This document shows positions 1 to 12,492 of a stretch of DNA of 64,000 nt, piece after piece; position 1 is the stretch's first letter, and every line of letters starts with the position of its first letter. The DNA comes from Eledone cirrhosa. Taxonomy: Eukaryota. The notes beneath the pieces were generated by a model. That model did not search any database, was not told the DNA's origin, and worked only from the letters and a program-made list of their open reading frames with translations. The stretch covers positions 266,352,001-266,416,000 of the forward strand of contig OZ024742.1 in the NCBI GenBank assembly GCA_964016885.1. Reading direction: 5' to 3'. Both the position numbers and the translations under genes were made by a program.

Positions 1-173
1 TAATGCTCCGATCTCTCTGTATCTAAGGTGGGGAAATATAGGCTTTGTATACCTGTCGCTTTCTGTCTCCCTCCTTGAGGGGATAGCTCACGCATGAACC
101 TGTTCACACCAAAAGGGTGGTGACCTAGAATTTGACTTCTAGGTGTCACCCAAGGTTCAAGGCGTGGACAGAT

Positions 174-1876
<1,703 letters not shown>

Positions 1877-2148
1877 TCTTAACCCCTCTCCTTGCTTTAT
1901 TACCTACCATATCTTTTTTATGAAGCCTCAGAAGTTTTTCTTGTTTTGTATTTTCTTTTTGTTAAAACTAATTTTCTGAAGCTATTTACAAATTTTTCTG
2001 ACTGGCTAAATAACCACATAAACAGTAAGTAAAAAGAAAAAAAGAATATATATATATATAAACAATGTACGTAAGCCGAATTCTCAGACTTTTAATAGCT
2101 GAGAATATATACATATATAAGTATAAAGGATGATATGCTTAAGCGCAT

Positions 2149-2245
2149 ACCGTATTTTTCGGAGTATAAGATGCACCGGAATATAGGATGCACTCTAAAT
2201 TTAACATGAATATCCAGGAAAAATAAAATTAAAGAGAATTAACAC
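2149..2245 (+). mobile_element. Tc1/mariner (pogo-like) left terminus
   Basis: TA|CCGTATTTTTCGGAGTATAAGATGCACC resembles a pogo-type TIR; partner TIR not seen. Confidence 0.55.
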
Positions 2246-2256
2246 TATTTCAGAAA

Positions 2257-2519
2257 GCTTATACCACTATTAGCCGCTAAAGGGTTCTCCCTAAAAATGA
2301 AAGGCAGGTTGTATGATGCCTGCATACGGACAGCAATGTTGCATGGCAGTGAGACCTGGGCATTGTGTGCAGAGGATATACGCAGACTAGAGAGGAACGA
2401 AGCTTGCATGCTCCGCTGGATGTGTAATAGTAATATACGTGAACGGCAAAGCATGAACGAACTAAGGAAAAAATTAGAAATAAGAGGGATCAGATGTTGT
2501 TTACTCGAGAGAAGGCTGA
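2257..2519 (+). mobile_element. internal fragment of the RTE LINE
   Basis: [23 protein letters not shown] matches the ORF at 27000-28220. Confidence 0.9.
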
Positions 2520-2745
2520 CCTCAGCATACGACCTATTTTCATCCCTAAAATATTTTTTCATTCATAATATTCTTTTCCATCCAAAACTGAAATCTACCT
2601 TCCTCTACCCATAAATTAAGGTTCTCTTACTACTAGATTGCTATCTTGACCTTCACTTTCTTTCTATTGGTCAATTCAAAACCTGTTCCCAAACAGACCT
2701 ATTGTATTAAATCTTTGTTTTTTCAATAAACAAATATCATTATGT

Positions 2746-2931
2746 GGATTGGCAGTATCGGTAGAGGGTCGGACGCCATGCTTTCCAGCATAGTTACGTC
2801 CCTTTACGATCTGAGTTCAAATCCCGCCGAGGTTGACTTTGCCTTTCATCCTTACGGGGTCGATAAAATAAAAGTACCAGTAATGCACTGGGTGATTGCT
2901 GGCCTTATGCCTAAAGTAGAAACAATTATTT
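2746..2931 (+). mobile_element. tRNA-derived SINE with Meta-type core
   Basis: B-box gagttcaaatccc; core gcctttcatccttacggggtcgataaaataaagtaccag; near-identical copy at 62980-63172. Confidence 0.8.
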
Positions 2932-2945
2932 CTGAAGACAGTATC

Positions 2946-2994
<49 letters not shown>

Positions 2995-3020
2995 TATATA
3001 TATATAAATATATATATATA

Positions 3021-3278
3021 TAAATGGAAACTATATTTATAAAACCATATTTATTTCATTATACATATTTCAAGGACACCAAGTTAAATTATGGTGTGCT
3101 TTCATCAGACAAAATATAATATAGATCAGTTTTATAAATAAATATTGACATACCCTTAAAAAATGCAACCATTACTGTTGGAAGCTTCCGGATATGTTTA
3201 CTCCAAATACTTGTTGAGTGCTTTATATCAGTTATAAAAATATTTGCTTGTATCCCAACAATTTAAATAGAACTTTTG
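3021..3278 (-). mobile_element. short hammerhead-bearing Penelope-like element between (TA)n tracts
   Basis: homologous to 19711-20130; hammerhead followed by aataaa near the 3' end. Confidence 0.7.
3054..3114 (-). ncRNA. type-I hammerhead ribozyme motif
   Basis: minus strand: ttttgt CTGATGA aagcacacca-loop-tggtgtcctt GAAA tatgta TA atgaaa. Confidence 0.7.
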
Positions 3279-3351
3279 CATATATATATAAATATATATA
3301 TATATAAATATATATATATATAAATATATATAAATATATATATATATAAAT

Positions 3352-3414
<63 letters not shown>

Positions 3415-3416
<2 letters not shown>

Positions 3417-3710
3417 GAAATGACAGGAGGCTGGATTTGTGTAAATCCTTGAAAGGTTTATTATACTATGATAATTTCAATGACCGGGTTCCGTATGAAT
3501 CCGGTGATATCATCAGGTATTCGAAATATAATACGTGAATGTAATAGGTAAAATCCATGGGGCTGAAAATCGAGACCTGAGGGCGACCGCTATTCTGTTC
3601 CTTCAACCTCAGCCGGTCGCCCTTTACGTTGAGTACTCTCTATATTATTGCATTACGATTGACCATACGGAATAGACCAGCTCTATACAGTGGTGAACCT
3701 CAAACCTGAA
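3415..3710 (-). mobile_element. short hammerhead-bearing element flanked by (TA)n
   Basis: unique ~300 bp between TA tracts; hammerhead plus aataaa near the minus-strand 3' end. Confidence 0.6.
3463..3520 (-). ncRNA. type-I hammerhead ribozyme motif
   Basis: minus: atac CTGATGA tatcaccggattc-atacg-gaacccggtcatt GAAA ttatca TA gtat aataaa; stem III weak. Confidence 0.65.
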
Positions 3711-4148
3711 TATATATATATATATATATATTAGAAAGATCGAGTATCGAAAAATCGGCGCACGAGTTCACGATAAACAAAATTCGAAATGAGCGGCAGA
3801 GGGCTCAATAATTCAGATGAATCAGAGCTATAACTATCGTTAAAATACCGTCACATATAGAACAAGTCTACAATCAACCATACGATAAAAAATCGATAAT
3901 AGAAGATTCGGGACAAACAGATAAAAAATATCAATAAAACAATACATCAATAATTTAAATGAAATATAAATATATATTGTTATACTTTGGGAGGGTCATG
4001 TTGCCAATAAGAAACACACGCACCAGTTGCTTTCACTTCAATTTATTATATATTTATAAATTTATAAATTAACAAATCTACAAACTTATAAATTATAAAT
4101 TTCTGGTTGGTTGGTTGGTTCCACAACCAGATAGTTGTTTATATATAT

Positions 4149-4193
4149 AGTCATAGTCCTTTCGTCACACACTCTGTGACCTCTTCAGTGACT
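4149..4193 (-). ncRNA. type-I hammerhead ribozyme motif (left arm)
   Basis: exact reverse complement of 4472-4516. Confidence 0.78.
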
Positions 4194-4471
4194 GGGGATT
4201 TCTTTCTTCGTTTCTGTGCCTTTTCTTTCTTCTACCCTACGCCATTTTGTTTCTGTGTGTGTGTTGTGTGCTCAGTTTGCGCATGTGCCACATAAATAGA
4301 AAAATAGAAAAATAGAAAAATAGAAAAATAGAAAAATAGAAAAATGAACACAAACACACACAGACACCCGGATGTGGCACATGCGCAAACTGAGCACACA
4401 ACACACACACAGAAACAAAATGGCGTAGGATAGAAGAAAAAAAAGGCACAGAAACGAAGAAAGGAATCCCC

Positions 4472-4516
4472 AGTCACTGAAGAGGTCACAGAGTGTGTGA
4501 CGAAAGGACTATGACT
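4472..4516 (+). ncRNA. type-I hammerhead ribozyme motif (right arm)
   Basis: agtca CTGAAGA g gtcaca-gagtg-tgtgac GAAA ggac TA tgact; 5-bp stem I, 6-bp stem II, minimal stem III. Confidence 0.78.
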
Positions 4517-4772
4517 ATATATATATAAACAACTATCTGGTTGTGGAACCAACCAACCAGAAATTTATAATTTATAAGTTTGTAGATTTGTAAATTTATA
4601 AATTTATAAATATATAATAAATTGAAGTGAAAGCAACTGGTGCGTGTGTTTCTTATTGGCAACATGACCCTCCCAAAGTATAACAATATCGGTTTCAACA
4701 CACGATTTCAGATAAAGAATCTTGCTAAACAAATTCAGAAACGAAATATAAATATATATATATATATATATA

Positions 4773-4961
4773 TGAAAAAGTATGACCCTGACGGCAGAGC
4801 TCAAGCCGTTTCGACGGCTATTTCTGGACTGAAATAGCCGTCGAAACGGCTTGAACTCTGCCGTCGGGGTCATACTTTTTCCTATTTCCCACTCTACTAC
4901 CCTAAGTATTGCATACTCTGGTACGTTATGGTCCATCTGGTTCCTTACCACAATTCCTTTG

Positions 4962-4963
<2 letters not shown>
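4773..4963 (+). mobile_element. 3' end of a hammerhead-bearing element with an inverted copy at its 5' side (hairpin 4774-4880)
   Basis: 4830-4963 is homologous to 24290-24421; 4774-4825 is the reverse complement of 4830-4880. Confidence 0.75.
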
Positions 4964-5040
<77 letters not shown>

Positions 5041-5229
5041 CATATATATATGTATTTTTTCCTGAGTTCAGTCTTTTTCGTCGCTATGGTCACTGCGGCC
5101 CTTCTATCAGTCGGTGTCTTCATTTTGCAAAGCTGTCTAAACGTAATGTTATAACTCTAGGGTTATATACCCTATCGAGTGCTTAGCTGCACACCGAAAC
5201 TGCATTCGTTGATGCTGTACTAAATTTTG

Positions 5230-5282
<53 letters not shown>

Positions 5283-5872
5283 TATACACACACACACACT
5301 AAGTTACACACTCACATACGTAAAAGCAATAGAAACATCACATATACATGGATAGATACAGACATGACCAAACATAAACATAGAGTCACACACACACCCA
5401 CACAAGTTTCCCTCTACATATACACACACACATACATACACACTCACATACATAGAAACAATAAAAAAAAAATCACCTACACACACCCACGATAATACAC
5501 ACACACAGTCAAACACGCTCACATACATAGAAACAAAAGAAAAGCCTCCCACACACACACTCACACAAAGACTGAAAACATGCACATCTTCCAATTTCTT
5601 CCATTCGACACACACACACAACCACATCCATGTCACCCCCTGTATGCTCCACTCTGCCCCTTCCCCAGGCCGGACTTTTCACCCCCCCCCCCATCTTTCT
5701 CCTCCCAACCCCCCTTTTTTTTCTTAACTTCCTTTACTAACCTTCTCTCTCCTTATCTGAACTTTCCTGAAGAAGGACTTCTGGCTGAAATTATTTTGTA
5801 TAGTATATGTATATATTGTATATGTATATATATTATGTGTATATATATATATATAAATTACATGTATATATG

Positions 5873-5907
<35 letters not shown>

Positions 5908-5915
5908 TATATATA

Positions 5916-5980
<65 letters not shown>

Positions 5981-6113
5981 GTATTAAGGGTACTATTTAT
6001 GGTTATGTATGCAATAAAACCTTTGATGGTAATATATTATATTATATATACACAAACCCTAAATAGTGAGAGATAGTCTTTAATTACTATCCTATTACCA
6101 GTAAGATAAATAG

Positions 6114-6647
6114 CTCAATGTAATAACATCAGTTGTTATACAGAGCAGTTATATAGAGATTACAGTAATCCAAACTTCTACACAGCATAGTAACCGGCAG
6201 ACTAGCACCCAGAGTAATTGTAACTGTAGATCAAGTAGAACCTGCCCTTTAGATAAAAAATGCTTAACCAAGGATATCATATACTCATGTACAGTCACAA
6301 CTAACAGCTCTTCTGAAACCTACATAGGCTCCACTTCTAACTGCTTCAAAACTAGATACAATTCGCACCTCCACTCTTTCAAAAAACACAGTCTAGCCAA
6401 CTCCACTTCACTATCTAGCTACATACACTATCTAAAAACTAAAAATAAAATATATACACTTAAATGGGAAGTGGTAGGTAGTGCAACATCGTACAAACCA
6501 CCTGATAAATTTTGTAACCTCTGTCTACTAGAGACCCATATTATCATCTTCTCTAAACATAATCTCCTTAATAAAAAATCAGAAGTGTTCGCAAATTGCC
6601 AACACCGCTTCCGACACTCGTTCCAAAACTTTAAACCCTATATATAA
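6114..6647 (+). pseudogene. Penelope-type GIY-YIG endonuclease domain (open frame without start codon; absent from ORF track)
   Basis: hand translation: CNCRSSRTCPLDKKCLTKDIIYSCTVTTNSSSETYIGSTSNCFKTRYNSHLHSF...W...CNLCLLE...LLNKKSEVFANCQH. Confidence 0.88.
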
Positions 6648-8190
6648 TAATGTCAGACTGGAACCGGCACCACCCCTAGCAATTAACATCAGTAGCACAC
6701 CTTACACCTCACATCCACACCCATCTCTATACTCTAAAGATAATACTGACAGCATTTGAGTGCCACCTACCCTGGGAATACCCCCTTGTACCTCTAATAC
6801 TGATATTCCGACCGTGGACTACTTATTCTGCATTGCACAAATATAAGATTAGTATAAACTGGGGACTCGGTACTGGTTGTGATAGCATAGTCCTGTGCAT
6901 GGATTACCACCAAGAGATAGATTGATGATTAGATAGATAATCGTATTGTTAAGTGAGTATATACTGTAAGCGATCAGTTCATTGAATTATGCACGTAATC
7001 ATCTTGATGTGGACTCCTTTAATACCTATTAATAGACTCCACTCTAGCTTGGAGATGTGATACATAATTGATTTATACTTGAGACGGGGGTTGTCTATTA
7101 CCTGATGGCCAGACTAGTGCATTTATATGAGAGATCGGATCTCCGGACCATACCGAAGATTTACTGGAGATGCAGGCAAGCAATGACCCGGAGCCTACCG
7201 GGTGGCATATATAATAGTGGGACCATACCAGGTCCTACTGTTATATTACATTTGCATGGAGCAGTGACTTGAGAGTCTGACTCCTCTTATGGAACGTTCA
7301 GATATGACACCCCTTAATTAATGGTTGGCAATCATCCTAGTATATACACCCTTGTACTTCTTAATGAACAACTCTCTAACCTATAAATGGGTACCATACT
7401 CTAGATATTAGTTATAACTTCACATGATAGGCACGTATTTGAATCACCATTAATGTAGTTTAGCATAGTAATGTAACTAAAATAACTAGCTAGTTACCTC
7501 CCCTTACGCATTAATTCCCCTTAATCATTCAGGCACTTCCGGAATTTGGACAGCATGATATATTAATTAAGAACCGACTGGATACGGTTTATAGCTTGAC
7601 TATATGCTGAACCACTGCGAATTATACGATAGACGCGTGTTCTCTATATATATATTGCGTCTCATGGATTATGTGAGTGGTGGTGTGAGCAAGGACAGTG
7701 GTACGACCTTGCCTACGATACAATAAGGTTTATAGTATGTTGAAGGTTTTTGATATTTTGGTGTTTCCCCGCATCCGAGACTGTATATCATACAGATGTA
7801 TGAGAATAAATGACTTAATAATTCAGCCTATATAATAGGATCGATTGCCTGCTTCAACTGCCTGACCCTGCAAATATCATTCTGACGCACTCTAATCATG
7901 TATAGATAAGACAAGCGTGCATGCTACACGGGAGATTGCTTCATGCACTGACTACTCTAAGCTTTCCTCTTGCTTTATCTTCATAGACTGCCAACGCTTC
8001 ATGTTTATCTTTATTTTCACTCTTATTTTCACTCTTGCTCTTATTTTATTTTATTTCTATCATGTAACACTTTATATGTAAATTGCCATGCTATTTCATT
8101 TGATGAATGTCACCCCACTGTTGATCAATATGCGCATATGTTTTATGTGTCTCTTGGGTTGAAAAGGAGGTCAAGTGTGTTATAATTAGC

Positions 8191-8237
8191 TGCTCCGAAG
8201 AATCCAAACCTCGGTTTGGAAGAAACAATTGTAAGCA
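8191..8237 (+). ncRNA. type-I hammerhead ribozyme motif (CCGA core variant)
   Basis: tgct CCGAAGA a tccaaacc-tc-ggtttgga a GAAA caattg TA agca aataaa; palindromic stem III. Confidence 0.75.
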
Positions 8238-8474
8238 AATAAATGACTTAAACTGAACTTTGATTACTGTAATCTCTCTCTCTCTCTCTATATATATATA
8301 TTATATATATTTAGAGTATGGGGTTAACAGAACAGGGGTCGGCCATTGAAGAAACAACACCATGCATTCGGTCTGCCCCTGTATCATGAAAAGAAAATCT
8401 TTTGGGGGGAAATTATTGGATTTTTCCAAATTTATAGGTTTATTAGGAACTTTCAATGTTTATTTTAGGTTTTG

Positions 8475-8532
8475 CTGTCTGAAGAGTTCATGCTATCTAA
8501 ACCGATAGTCCGCAGTGAAATATGTATAACAG
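8475..8532 (+). ncRNA. type-I hammerhead ribozyme motif in a short element (~8312-8585)
   Basis: ctgt CTGAAGA ...gctatc-taaacc-gatagt... GAAA tatgta TA acag; aataaa at 8540; stem II base imperfect. Confidence 0.65.
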
Positions 8533-8943
8533 AGTTTTAAATAAACCTGAACTAACTGAATATGGCCTCTAATCTTTTATTAATATATTATATATATATA
8601 TATATATTATATGTAAATATATTATATATATATGTATTATATGTAAATATATTATATATATATGTATTATATGTAAATACATTATATGTATATATATTAT
8701 ATGTATATATATTATATATATGTGTGTGTTATTATAAGAGAGAGAGGGAAAGAAAGAAAGTTCTCTTTGGCACTAGACATTGTGTGGGTTGGTATTATGT
8801 AAGTTTAAAGAGGAGGTGGAAGCAACACCAAAAACAAAAGAAAAAAAAAATGAAAATTCAACATATTTCCCCATTTAGTCTAATGTTGATCCACTGTTGG
8901 GTGAAAAAGCTTCAGCATCCTGTTTCTGGCTTATCTCTTCTAA

Positions 8944-8983
<40 letters not shown>

Positions 8984-9239
8984 CAAAATAAAATGAAACA
9001 TCATTCTAAAACGAAAATATTTTTTAAAAAGTTTTATTTCATTTGAACATTTTTTTTCACATATTTGAAATTTTTTTTTATTTTTTGTTACCTTGCCAAC
9101 ACCTGTCTGAGATGAAGTGGTAGAGAAAGTAAGAAATTAATTACCAGAAAGTAACATTAGTACTCTTGTATTGTTGTTATGGTACCTCTGATGGTACCTC
9201 TGATGGACTTATGATAGCACTGGGATATGTATCATTGAT

Positions 9240-11760
9240 GCAACATCCAAGAAACCACGATCTCCGCCCTCATCTTGCTTTCCAAGTGAAACTTGAAAAA
9301 GTTGATGGGGGATTGTCCGAAGAGAAAAGTGTCCTTTCAAACTGGTCCCCTACACAACCTCTTTTGCTACTGCCACCAGACAGGAAAACTGTTTGCCCTT
9401 CCCAGCCAAAAGAAGGCAACGGGGCGATCTTCATTATGGACTCAGTTGATAGCCGGATCTGTCCTACACTCAACAACAGCTGTTTACATAACTCCACAAG
9501 TTAGTAATTCATGGACACTAGATGAGTGCATGCAGAATGCTTTTGTTGTTCTGTGCACATCTTGGGCAGGTCTGAATGACAGCAGTTCCATGCCTGTAGA
9601 GTTTATCTTGAAATGGGTTGAAGAGGAGCCATTCCAATTTGGCAAGGCACAAATGGGGGCAAGACACAACAGTCAGGCGATAATAGATGATGGACGCGAT
9701 GTATGCGTACACAACCTCCGATTGACCTTTCAGAGACAACTTCCTCTCAGTCCATTTCTGGGTAAGAGTGGACACCTTCATTGTAATCTTGTCCCAATTT
9801 TTATTCACCTGGAGATCTGGTCCAAACCTGACACCAAGCAACTTTAACAGTCCATCCAGTGCCCTATGACGCTGCTGAATAGCAAGGACTTGGCTCTCTA
9901 GGTGCCGAGCTGCAAGCCCACTGACTTTTCCAGGTTTCGTTTTGCTCCCATCAACCGTTCATATTCTTCCAAGAGGGTGCCGACTACCTCGATTTCCGAG
10001 GTGTTTGACACCATCACTGTGATGCCATCTGCATAAGGCGACACAGCCTTTCCATGTCCCTGTTCGAGCGGGATGCCCTGGAACAGCTTTAGCTTCGGCA
10101 GAAAAGGCTTGAGAGTCCATACGTACAGAAGGGGTCCCTTGATGGACCGATCGGGATATCTGAAATGGTTCCAAAAGTTGGCCATTAATTTTGACTACCG
10201 AGCAGATGCTGCTGTGTATTGCAGCGATCCAGCCTCTGAAGACAGGACCGAAACTAGCTGCCTTGAGGACAGCATCCAGGTATAGATTGTTGACCCTATT
10301 GGAAGCGATCAATTGATCTAAATTGATCAAGGCCCTACCTGTGCCAAGTTCCTTAGCTACGCTCTCCATGATGTATCGCATAAGGTAGAGTTATGAGCCT
10401 GAAATTATCTACATTGTCCCCCTCGTTCAGGTCCATTCATAGCAGCGCCACTGCTCCTCAGTTCACAGAGTTGGGAATTCTCCCATTCTGCTGCCAGATG
10501 CAGTAGATCTGCCAAGATGTCCTGAACAAGCCTGGTATGTGTATGTAAAGCTCATAGGACGGACCATCCAAACCAGGCGATTTACCTATCGTGTAGCCAG
10601 TCTTTACCAGACTGGCTGTTATTGGCTTTTTGTAACATTCCCCGTCAGTAGTTAAGAGCCGCGGTAGACCGTCAATGTAGGCACTAAAGTCCATCCTACG
10701 ATCCAGCCAGCCGCTGACCCTGAACAGCTGAGTGAAGTGCTGCTGATTAGCTGTACACATTTGCTCAGGCTCGAATAACATGCGCCCATTGTGGTCCTCC
10801 AAAGACAGGACATGGCTTTGTTTCCATGATGTGCCTCTGCCACTCAAGTCCATCAAACCTCTTTCATCCTCTCATGTCTGAGAGTACACGCCCTAGCTCT
10901 GACGGCGCAGCCTTTGTGTTTTGCATTGAAAAATTGGTCGAGGGCTAATCTTGCCACAAGCATTCGGTTGCGATGCCTTTACTATGCACCTCGACTCACT
11001 TCCTAACTAGTTCTCCCTCTACTCTATTCTCTATCGCTAAAGCCTTACTGAACCTAATCGACTCTATTCTAATCATCCATCAACGCCCACTTAACTAATT
11101 CACTAATCCAGTCTGTAGATTTTGTGCACTGGGAGCGACGCATTCAGCTTCCTGTATCCTGGTCATTCTTTATGAAGCCTGTCTAAGTCAACCACACAGA
11201 TAATAAATATGAGCTCTGTGTAGACGACTATCTTGAATTGTGGAAACCTATTCTAGACCAATCTATTTCCCTACAAAATACACTATCTAGATATGATCTG
11301 GATGACCCGATGCGGTTTGTCCATGTCCACATTGGCACATTATGGAAATTCAGTCAGTACCTGTCAGATAGTTGGAAACATCTGAGCAGGTTTGTGAGGC
11401 TTTTACACCCTCCTCCCCTATGTGCTAGTCCCATACAGTCCTAGCACGCATCCAAGATCCCATTCTAGCTGCCCACTAACATTAAAGAGTGTGATGTTTC
11501 AATAAAGGTCTCCAATCGCCTGAAGAAATCAGGCCATTCTGCCCATCTTGGGACATAAACAACCACTATCCTGAAAGCATACCCTTTGCTACTTGTCATG
11601 ACATAAACTTATGTTCTGGATCCGGGAAGGTGGTCCGTATCAGAAGATCCATGTCTTTCCGAAGCAACATAGCAATTCCGCCACCAGGTATGGGACGGCT
11701 TGAAGGTGCATACACCTCATAACCGTCGAAAATGGGTGTTGAGCTTTCGGCTTTTTCTGC
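9240..11760 (-). pseudogene. degenerate Tx1/L1-type LINE ORF2 (APE endonuclease, RT, C-terminal Zn finger)
   Basis: GKSPGLDG, ALINLDQ, SVHQG, YADG, RKLSLKG and DKLYRHG..CPRC..SILHAL fragments across frames. Confidence 0.85.
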
Positions 11761-11985
11761 GGAGATTTATACATTTATATATAGTTGTACATTTCTGTAC
11801 ATTTGAAATATCTTCTGGCACTGCCATTTGGGCTTTGCTGCCATCTCTCTGTATGAGACGCTTCACTCTCCACAGGTAGCTAAATTCACCTTGCTGTTTG
11901 TGGCTGCCTTTGCTGTGATGCTATATTTATTTTCTTCCTTGGCATTGGTAGCAGTGTGATTGTTGTTGTGGTTGCTGTTGTTGCT

Positions 11986-12178
11986 GTTCTGGTTGGTGAT
12001 GGTGATGATGCTGGACAAAGTAGGAAAACCCTTAAAGTCTGTACCTATGTTTTGGTTGTTGCTGTTGTTTTTGTAGTTGTTACTTTTGTTGTGTTTGGAG
12101 CTTTGCTGCTATGAAAACTGCTGAATCATTGAGGGTTTTCCTACTTTGTCCAGCAACATCACCATTGCCAACCAGAAC
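11986..12178. repeat. ~50-bp imperfect inverted repeat upstream of the Tx1-like relic
   Basis: gctggacaaagtaggaaaaccct versus agggttttcctactttgtccagc. Confidence 0.8.
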
Positions 12179-12349
12179 AATGATTTCATTGTGTCTACCT
12201 AGCTACTTTTCAACAATCAAAGGATTGGCCATTTGAAAACAACCTTATGTAATCGATTGTATCAAAATTTTGTGACAAAAATATAACAAAATTTAAAAAC
12301 TCACCTGCAGCGAAAACAGTGATCCCTCAATAATGACAGCAATTACCTC

Positions 12350-12492
12350 AGTGCATTACTGGTGCTTTATTTTATCGACCCCGTAAGGATGAAAGGTAAA
12401 GTTAACCTCGGCGGGATTTAAACTGAGAACGTAAAGGGTCATTACTCTATGCTGCAAAGCATGGTTTCTGGCGCTCTGCCGATACTGCCAAT
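12350..12492 (-). mobile_element. Meta-core SINE copy
   Basis: reverse-complement similarity to 2746-2890. Confidence 0.8.

Larger units (their letters stand above)
3974..4689. repeat. long fold-back palindrome (~320-bp arms, 3974-4293 / 4372-4689) with a (GAAAAATA)n spacer
   Basis: arms are near-perfect reverse complements; ORF track shows the same peptide on both strands. Confidence 0.95.
5981..8275 (+). mobile_element. Penelope-like element (Naiad-like), 5'-truncated: endonuclease, long 3'UTR, hammerhead
   Basis: GIY-YIG frame 6114-6647, hammerhead 8191-8237, aataaa 8238, flanked by (TA)n and (TC)n(TA)n. Confidence 0.8.

Noticed and set aside
2810-2830. tRNA-like B-box sequences in SINE heads
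   Set aside because: No cloverleaf; part of SINEs, not tRNA genes.
5056-5232. Island with cggtgt...acaccGAAAc...gta resembling a long-stem hammerhead
   Set aside because: No recognisable CUGANGA.
5760-5800. ctgaagaaggacttctggctgaaa hammerhead-like motif after a C-rich tract
   Set aside because: Core present but stems I-III do not pair convincingly; at best a decayed copy.
6114-6647. Selenocysteine recoding in the Naiad-like endonuclease
   Set aside because: All conserved Cys codons are TGT/TGC; no in-frame TGA in this segment.
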